A stretch of DNA of 31,579 nucleotides, taken from IMG/VR virus record IMGVR_UViG_3300032070_000025, positions 1 to 31,579 of that record, one strand, 5' to 3'. The notes under the pieces are model-generated. The model was given only the letters and a program-made list of their open reading frames with translations, made no database searches and was not told the origin of the DNA. Source of the stretch: a virus. Taxonomy: Duplodnaviria; Caudoviricetes. Shown in pieces: positions 26,161-31,579 of the stretch. Within the stretch, counting starts at the first letter, position 1; every line of letters starts with the position of its first letter. Made by a program: the position numbers and the translations under genes.

Positions 26161-27617
26161 TGGGCAGGCTTCTCGACACATTGAATCAAAACGCAGGGTC
26201 GGGCGGACGACTTGCGGCCGGTCGCCTTACGGCCCCGGCACCCGTTCAGGAAGCCGGGCAACCATCGGTCGGTGGATTCTTCAAGAACGCCGGCTCCAGC
26301 GCAGCCAACTTTTTCAACAACGTCATCAACTCGGTCATCCATCCGATAAAGACGGTCGGGAGCCTCGGGGGTTTGGCGGTCGGTCTTGCGGAAAAACCAT
26401 TCGGTGCGGACACGGCGCAAACCAAAGCGGTCAATGCGGTCGGAAGTTACTTCAAGAACCGCTACGGAGGCGTCAGCAACATCGGGAAGACGATCTACGA
26501 AGACCCGATCGGTTTTCTGGCCGACCTCTCGACCGTCGCCGGAGGCGCCGGGGCTCTCGCGAAGGGTGTCGGGGCCATTTCAAAGGTAGCAGACGTTGCA
26601 AACGTCGCTTCAAAAGCGGAAACCATCGCCAACGCGGCTTCAAAAGTCGCCGAAGTGACCGATCCGCTCAACATTCCGAGAGGTGCGGCGAATCTCGCCC
26701 TCAAAATCCCCGGCCCATCCTCTGTTCTCGAATCCGGCGCGCGGAGAACGTACCAAAGCGCGTTGAAGCCGAGCAAGTTCGTTCAAAAGCAGTTTCCCGG
26801 CACCGATATTGTCGGCACCGGACTTGAAGAGGGTATGAATGTCAGCAAGAAGGGCCACGAAGCGGTTTTAGGTAAACTCGAAGACGTGAATACCCAGATT
26901 GCGAACAAGATCAAGGAATCGGCAGGGCAGGGAACGACAGTGAGCCCGCAAGCTGTCGCGCAGAAAGCGGAGGAACTGAAGCCGCGATTTGCACAACAGG
27001 TCAGCCCGCAGGAAGATCTCGCGGCGATTGCGAAGAAGCAGCAGGATTTTCTCGAACACCCAAAATACGCGGTGCCGAAATCCGTGCTCGACAATTCCGG
27101 CAACGTAGTCGGAACCGAGATTACGCCGAAGCCGATACCGATCGACGAGGCCCAGGCGATGAAGCAGGGAACCTACCGCGAGCTCAAGGGCAAGTATGGC
27201 CAGGAGCGGACAGCCGGAATTGAGGCGGAAAAGGCAATGGCCCGAGGACTCAAAGAAGAAATCGCCGCCAAGGTCCCTGAAGTCGCTCAGTTGAACGCCC
27301 AGGATACGAAACTCATGGCGCTTGAAGACGCGCTCGCGGAGGCGGTCGGAAGAATCCAGAATCGCGACGTCGTCGGAATGAAACAGGTGATGGGGCTTGC
27401 CGGAAACAAGGCGAGCTTGCTCGCGTCCGTCATCGACTACCCGGCAGTGAAGTCGGCTCTCGCCAAGATCATGTACAAAGCGTCGAAGGCGAAGGAGATT
27501 CCCTCGTTTCAATTCACCGCGAACAATCCCATCATCAACAAATTGCTCTCACTCAGCCCGACGCGCGGATGGACGCCGAAGGCGGTTTTGACCCAAGCGC
27601 CTAATGCACAGCGGTGA
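26160..27617 (+). CDS. putative internal virion/DNA ejection protein
   Basis: 485 aa, Ala/Gly/Lys-rich helical. Confidence 0.6.
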   Translation: MGRLLDTLNQNAGSGGRLAAGRLTAPAPVQEAGQPSVGGFFKNAGSSAANFFNNVINSVIHPIKTVGSLGGLAVGLAEKPFGADTAQTKAVNAVGSYFKNRYGGVSNIGKTIYEDPIGFLADLSTVAGGAGALAKGVGAISKVADVANVASKAETIANAASKVAEVTDPLNIPRGAANLALKIPGPSSVLESGARRTYQSALKPSKFVQKQFPGTDIVGTGLEEGMNVSKKGHEAVLGKLEDVNTQIANKIKESAGQGTTVSPQAVAQKAEELKPRFAQQVSPQEDLAAIAKKQQDFLEHPKYAVPKSVLDNSGNVVGTEITPKPIPIDEAQAMKQGTYRELKGKYGQERTAGIEAEKAMARGLKEEIAAKVPEVAQLNAQDTKLMALEDALAEAVGRIQNRDVVGMKQVMGLAGNKASLLASVIDYPAVKSALAKIMYKASKAKEIPSFQFTANNPIINKLLSLSPTRGWTPKAVLTQAPNAQR

Positions 27618-27619
27618 CC

Positions 27620-27647
27620 TTGCGCATGCAAAGCAACGCCGTATAAT
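27620..27647 (+). promoter_or_regulatory. putative promoter
   Basis: TTGCGC, 16 bp, TATAAT. Confidence 0.6.
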
Positions 27648-27680
27648 GAACCTAAAGAGTCGATCACCAGCAAATCTCCA

Positions 27681-27866
27681 ATGAAAAGCATTTTCTTCGG
27701 TGGGTTACTCCTTTTCTTCACCTACCTCGGGGCGGCGTCCATTCAGCAGGTGAGAATTCAGGGTGAGGCAACCAACGGCGGATTTTACTTCGGGTTGGTT
27801 GTGCTTACCGGAATCTTCCTCTTGGTGTCGGGAACGAAACAACTATTACAAGGCGCAGAAAAGTGA
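27681..27866 (+). CDS. small two-helix membrane protein (moron-like)
   Basis: Two hydrophobic segments; own promoter. Confidence 0.65.
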   Translation: MKSIFFGGLLLFFTYLGAASIQQVRIQGEATNGGFYFGLVVLTGIFLLVSGTKQLLQGAEK

Positions 27867-28558
27867 ACTTCGGATCAATCGGATCGAGCTTGGTAAGCGG
27901 GATTAAGAACGTCGGGTCCGGCATCGTGAGCGGGGCCAAGAACCTCGGCACGGGTATTGCGGATCGTGCTCTCGTCGCGGCAAACGCGATCGAGCGGCTG
28001 TTCGGCGGAAGCGGAACGACGAGTGCAAATCTCACGCAGATGCTGGGAATGGGTAGGAACACGCCATCCCAAACGCCGGAAATGATGCTCCCCGCGAGGA
28101 ACCCGGCGACGCAACTATTCGACGCCGTAACCGGACTTGCACCGCGTGCTATCGGAGATCAATTCGCGGGCACCCGGCAATTCCAAACTCCCTCGCAAAG
28201 TTCCCCGGCCGCAACCGTGGTCCCGCCTGCGGCTCTTAATGCAACCGCTCCGTCCGTAGAGCGAACCGGCCGCGCATTCGTCCCGACGGCTCCGCCTGCT
28301 CCCGGAGCGGGTACTATTCCGGCTATTTCTCAACCAGCCGCACCCGTTCCCACTCCGGCGACACCACAGACCGTGCAATTCAACACCGGCGGCGGAGTGT
28401 CGCCGAATATCGGCGCACTCGTTTCGCAAGCGGCAATCCTACAAGCGCTCGCGCAGCAACCCGGGCGCAATGCCCCGTCGGGATACGTCACTACCCCTGA
28501 ATCGTTGGATATCGGCGCACGACCGCGCAGAAAGATTCGGATGGCGGGCGGTTTCTAG
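27863..28558 (+). CDS. low-complexity Ala/Pro/Gly-rich protein, possibly an ejection protein
   Basis: 231 aa ORF between ejection and lysis genes. Confidence 0.5.
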   Translation: MNFGSIGSSLVSGIKNVGSGIVSGAKNLGTGIADRALVAANAIERLFGGSGTTSANLTQMLGMGRNTPSQTPEMMLPARNPATQLFDAVTGLAPRAIGDQFAGTRQFQTPSQSSPAATVVPPAALNATAPSVERTGRAFVPTAPPAPGAGTIPAISQPAAPVPTPATPQTVQFNTGGGVSPNIGALVSQAAILQALAQQPGRNAPSGYVTTPESLDIGARPRRKIRMAGGF

Positions 28559-28618
28559 GCACAGTGGCTTAGCAGGGCTGTTCTGCGTCGGGGGCGCGTA
28601 TCTGCTTCACCTTTTCCA

Positions 28619-28909
28619 ATGACCCCACAAGATTTCACGCAACTAGGGTTCGGTCTTTCCGCGCTACTCATCATCTTCGTCGTGGTGAAATACTTTATTG
28701 CAGCCATCACTAGGAAGGACGAGCAGATAATAAAGTTGGTCGCGGACTTCAATACGACAATCTCAAATCACCTTACGACCGAGACTAGAGCGTTCAACGG
28801 CTTGTCGAAGATGGTGCATCTGCAGACAAAAATGCTCCAAGAGGCGGCGAGCACCCTTGTGGCCGACAAAAGGGCGGCGAAAAAAGTCGCGAAAAGGATG
28901 GCGAAATGA
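28619..28909 (+). CDS. holin-like single-TM protein
   Basis: N-terminal TM helix plus coiled coil, directly before the amidase. Confidence 0.6.
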   Translation: MTPQDFTQLGFGLSALLIIFVVVKYFIAAITRKDEQIIKLVADFNTTISNHLTTETRAFNGLSKMVHLQTKMLQEAASTLVADKRAAKKVAKRMAK

Positions 28910-29496
28910 ACAATCCCGAACTCATCATCGTCCACCACTCCGCCGTAAGCCGGAAAGTCGCGCCGCGGCAGTTCTTCGCCGTCAACCGATACCACCGGGA
29001 CGCGAAAGATCCTCGCGGGGAGTACCTCTACAACATCGGCCCGAGTTCGCTCGGCTACTACGGCGCCTACCACATCTTCATCGAGCCGGACGGTACGGAG
29101 TTCCGCTACCGGGAGGACTTTGAGGTAGGAGCCCACACCGTCGGGTACAACGACCGGAGCCTTGCGGTCTGTCTCGCTGGAAACTTCGACATCGAAATGC
29201 CCACCGACGCGCAGATCCAAACCCTCCGGGCACGTCTCGAAAAGTGGGAAGGATTGTACCCGTCGCTTCCTATCTGCCCACACCGGAAGTTCGCGAACAA
29301 AACGTGCTATGGGTCGTTGCTCTCCGACGGCTGGGGTGCCTTTCTCGTACAACCTCCACTGCCGGCATTTTCGGATGCTGAAAAGCAGCAGCAGATTCTA
29401 GTCCTCCAGAACCGGCTGCTCGACCTGTTGCGGACGTGGCTCTTACAGCTTAGAATCAAGGTAGGTCTCACGCCGCATCAGGACACGCAACCCTAA
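28906..29496 (+). CDS. endolysin, N-acetylmuramoyl-L-alanine amidase (Amidase_2)
   Basis: IIVHHS, YHIFI, GAHTVGYN, CLAGNF, HR...KTC zinc-amidase motifs. Confidence 0.9.
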   Translation: MNNPELIIVHHSAVSRKVAPRQFFAVNRYHRDAKDPRGEYLYNIGPSSLGYYGAYHIFIEPDGTEFRYREDFEVGAHTVGYNDRSLAVCLAGNFDIEMPTDAQIQTLRARLEKWEGLYPSLPICPHRKFANKTCYGSLLSDGWGAFLVQPPLPAFSDAEKQQQILVLQNRLLDLLRTWLLQLRIKVGLTPHQDTQP

Positions 29497-29520
29497 AGGT
29501 CGTAACCAGTAGCACCAAAC

Positions 29521-29748
29521 ATGGAGTATGCACTTGGTATAGTGGTGGCGCTCATCGTTCAGGCGGTGAAGAAGTATTTCAGCACCAGCGGTCTCGGTAC
29601 GTACGCAGCGCTGGCCATCGTCTCGCTTGTTGGTGGTGGCCTCTACGTTTTTTTCTCCTCGCTCTCCTTCTGGCCCGTGATCGTCCAAGTGATCATTGTG
29701 GCATCCGCCTTTCACAACCTGCTCATCCGTCCCTTCCAGTCGCAGTAG
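29521..29748 (+). CDS. holin
   Basis: 75 aa, 2-3 TM helices, follows the endolysin. Confidence 0.7.
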   Translation: MEYALGIVVALIVQAVKKYFSTSGLGTYAALAIVSLVGGGLYVFFSSLSFWPVIVQVIIVASAFHNLLIRPFQSQ

Positions 29749-29750
29749 TT

Positions 29751-29783
29751 CCTTGGCCCCGACTAGTTGAGGTCGGGGCGAGG
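29751..29783 (+). terminator. hairpin closing the lysis module
   Basis: GCCCCGACT / GGTCGGGGC stem right after the holin stop. Confidence 0.55.
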
Positions 29784-29948
29784 GCGTTACTCGTCCTCGG
29801 TTAGTACCTCGTCAATCTCATATCGGAGGTTCTATGACCCTGAATTTCCGGGGTTCTTGGTACTACTGCGTCCGTCGCAAATGCACCAACCCCAAGAAAA
29901 TCCGCCGCTGCTGCAAGGCGTGTCCAAATCTTCGAGCAAGGAGGAGGT

Positions 29949-30392
29949 ATGCGCGTTCGAGAAATCCAAGTCCGCTACTTGCCGTCTGAAATCCCCCTCG
30001 ACAATTCGGAGCAATTCCGAAACTCCCGCCAAATCTTCGACGCCTTCCGAGAACTCCACCAGGAACCCGTTGAAGTCTTCAAAGTGCTCGTACTCGATTC
30101 CAAGAATCGGCCGTTGCACATTGAGATGATTTCGCGGGGTTCCCTTTCCACCTCGATCGTCCATCCCCGCGAAGTGTTCTGGAGCGCGGTCTACCATCGC
30201 GCCGCAGCCATCATCTGCGTCCACAACCACCCGTCGGGCGACCCCGCGCCTTCAAAAGAAGACCGGGATTGTACCGACCGCCTGCACCGGGCAGCGAAGA
30301 TTCTGGGAATCCGGCTGCTTGATCACCTCGTCATCGGCGCCGAGGACTACTTCTCATTCTCCGACGCTGGACTAATCCAGGAAGGAGGATAG
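29949..30392 (+). CDS. radC: RadC-like JAB/MPN domain protein (stand-alone, mobile-element type)
   Basis: VHPREVF, HNHPSGDPAPSKED, LLDHLVIG; strong SD. Confidence 0.92.
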   Translation: MRVREIQVRYLPSEIPLDNSEQFRNSRQIFDAFRELHQEPVEVFKVLVLDSKNRPLHIEMISRGSLSTSIVHPREVFWSAVYHRAAAIICVHNHPSGDPAPSKEDRDCTDRLHRAAKILGIRLLDHLVIGAEDYFSFSDAGLIQEGG

Positions 30393-30394
30393 CC

Positions 30395-30664
30395 ATGAAG
30401 TTCCGCCTCGGACGATTGCTCTCCACGCGGGGAGCACTCGAAGCCCTCCGCCAGAACAATCAAGGTTTCTTTGATTTTGTCGCGAGACATAAGACAGGAG
30501 ACTGGGGGGATGTATGCGACGCGGACAAGAAGGAGAATGACCTCTCGCTCAAAGAGGGATTCCGCCTTCTCTCTGCCTACACACTGAAGGACGGCACTAA
30601 AATCTGGCTCATCACTGAAGCGGATAGGAGTGCCACGACCATACTCTTACCTGAAGAATACTGA
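30395..30664 (+). CDS. conserved plasmid/ICE-type hypothetical protein
   Basis: FRLG...RHKTGDWGD...N...RLLSAY...IWLITEADRSATTILLPEEY; strong SD. Confidence 0.8.
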   Translation: MKFRLGRLLSTRGALEALRQNNQGFFDFVARHKTGDWGDVCDADKKENDLSLKEGFRLLSAYTLKDGTKIWLITEADRSATTILLPEEY

Positions 30665-30677
30665 AAGGAGGAACGCT

Positions 30678-30944
30678 ATGAGCGTTCGAAATGTCTTTGT
30701 CGTCGTCCACGGACCGGACGACAAGAACTACTGGAAGAACTGCGGCATCGCCTTTGTGAACAAGGACGGCTCGGAGACCCTGAAGCTCGACCTCTTTCCC
30801 GGCGTGGACATCGTGATCCGCGACAAGGAGAAGCAGGAAGAGGGCCGGAACGGCCCGGACGGCGAAGTCCGACCGAGCCAAGGCTCGCAGAACAACGGAA
30901 AGCCCCGCTTCAAATCCCGCTACGCCGGCTACGCGCCAAGATAA
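30678..30944 (+). CDS. small mobile-element protein (possible ssDNA-binding beta fold)
   Basis: W--CGIAFVNKDGS--LKLDLFP; SD AAAGGAGGA before ATG 30678. Confidence 0.65.
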   Translation: MSVRNVFVVVHGPDDKNYWKNCGIAFVNKDGSETLKLDLFPGVDIVIRDKEKQEEGRNGPDGEVRPSQGSQNNGKPRFKSRYAGYAPR

Positions 30945-30992
30945 CTACACCCCGCCACTTTTGCCGGATGCCCGCGTGGACAACGGGCAAAC

Positions 30993-31024
30993 AGGCCCCC
31001 TCAAAAAAAACATCGAGGGGGCTT
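30993..31024 (+). terminator. GC-rich hairpin at the island end
   Basis: GCCCCCTC 30995-31002 / GAGGGGGC 31015-31022. Confidence 0.45.
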
Positions 31025-31030
31025 CCACTA

Positions 31031-31058
31031 TTGACAGGAATATCCAATGTCCTAGACT
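31031..31058 (+). promoter_or_regulatory. tmRNA promoter
   Basis: TTGACA, 16 bp, TAGACT, ending 9 nt before the tmRNA 5' end. Confidence 0.75.
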
Positions 31059-31067
31059 GAATAAACT

Positions 31068-31371
31068 GGGACTGTATTAGCTTTGATTCCGGTCGCCCTT
31101 TGACTATGCGCTGCCGTCCTCTCCACGGACGTAAAACGTGGAGAAACCGTAACCGCCAAACGCGTTACACTTGCGGAGTACCTCGGTACATCCGCCCCCG
31201 CCCGCGCTTTCGCTTTCTCTCGCTGATACGGGGTCACAAAGAAAGACCGCGCCCTTCGGTCAATGGGTTGGTGGAGATGTCCTTATAGTTGCCGGACTCA
31301 AACCGGATACGCAGCGTAGATGTGGGCAAAGAGAATCGGAAGACGCGGGTGCAACTCCCGCCAGTTCCACC
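31068..31371 (+). ncRNA. ssrA: tmRNA (transfer-messenger RNA)
   Basis: Acceptor stem GGGACTG / CAGTTCC with G3-U70; T-arm GCGGG-TGCAACT-CCCGC; pseudoknot 1 CGTCC/GGACG plus CTCCAC/GTGGAG; resume context TAACC-GCC; tag ORF 31155-31226. Confidence 0.92.
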
Positions 31372-31372
31372 C

Positions 31373-31400
31373 TTGACAGGAATATCAAACGTCCTATGAT
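31373..31400 (+). promoter_or_regulatory. second copy of the tmRNA-type promoter
   Basis: TTGACA, 16 bp, TATGAT; part of a 28/32 direct repeat of 31023-31054. Confidence 0.65.
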
Positions 31401-31452
31401 GGCTGATAGTCCTTCTCTTGAAGGGCGCATACCCAAATAAGGGGGCCGGGCA

Positions 31453-31579
31453 CTAGTACTACTACGTTAAGTATTGACTGTGCCGGACAGCCTGTGTTAG
31501 CATGCCGGCATGAACGACAATCAGCTCGATAAGTGCCGCAAGCGGTTGGAGCAGTTTCTTGTGGATCTTTTGGATCCGG
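31453..31579 (+). mobile_element. left end of an IS701-family insertion sequence (partial)
   Basis: CTAG at 31453-31456 followed by TACTACTACGTTAAGT, then a transposase-like start. Confidence 0.65.
31510..31579 (+). CDS. IS701-family transposase N-terminus (partial)
   Basis: MNDNQLDKCRKRLEQFLVDLLDP resembles IS701 transposase N-termini; only 23 codons visible. Confidence 0.6.
   Translation, partial: MNDNQLDKCRKRLEQFLVDLLDP

Larger units (their letters stand above)
487..29790 (+). mobile_element. podovirus-like phage/prophage genome, nearly complete; boundaries approximate
   Basis: Co-oriented terS, terL, portal, scaffold, capsid, adaptor, nozzle, ejection-type proteins and lysis genes; no tape measure or tail tube/sheath recognised; no att sites seen. 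Confidence 0.9.

Noticed and set aside
2832-30913. Numerous minus-strand and alternative-frame ORFs in the track
   Set aside because: They shadow well-supported + strand genes in GC-rich DNA and show no motifs
31171-31440. ORFs overlapping the tmRNA
   Set aside because: The region is explained by tmRNA structure and the downstream promoter

Overview
Most of the window (~487-29790) is one + strand, podovirus-like phage genome. It runs from an early region of small ORFs through an exonuclease/SSB-like pair, a truncated C5-methyltransferase, a HerA-like ATPase and a NinG/HNH-like gene, then terS-terL-portal-scaffold-capsid, adaptor/nozzle/fibre/ejection proteins and an amidase-holin lysis module. 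Most phage genes lack Shine-Dalgarno sites. Instead they show a recurrent AAAGGTCG motif upstream of start codons and sigma70-like promoters with a uniform 16-bp spacer, which suggests a Patescibacteria/CPR-like host (inference). To the right lie a three-gene RadC island with strong SD sites, a complete tmRNA gene flanked by a duplicated promoter, and the left end of an IS701-family element. The most striking feature is at 1152-2391: three copies of a conserved RNA scaffold alternate with small ORFs. In each copy a long closing stem (with G-U pairs and compensatory changes) encloses a different structured 106-244 nt cargo. This is a candidate phage cassette system for expressing interchangeable small RNAs. 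All structures were paired by eye; no folding program or database search was run.
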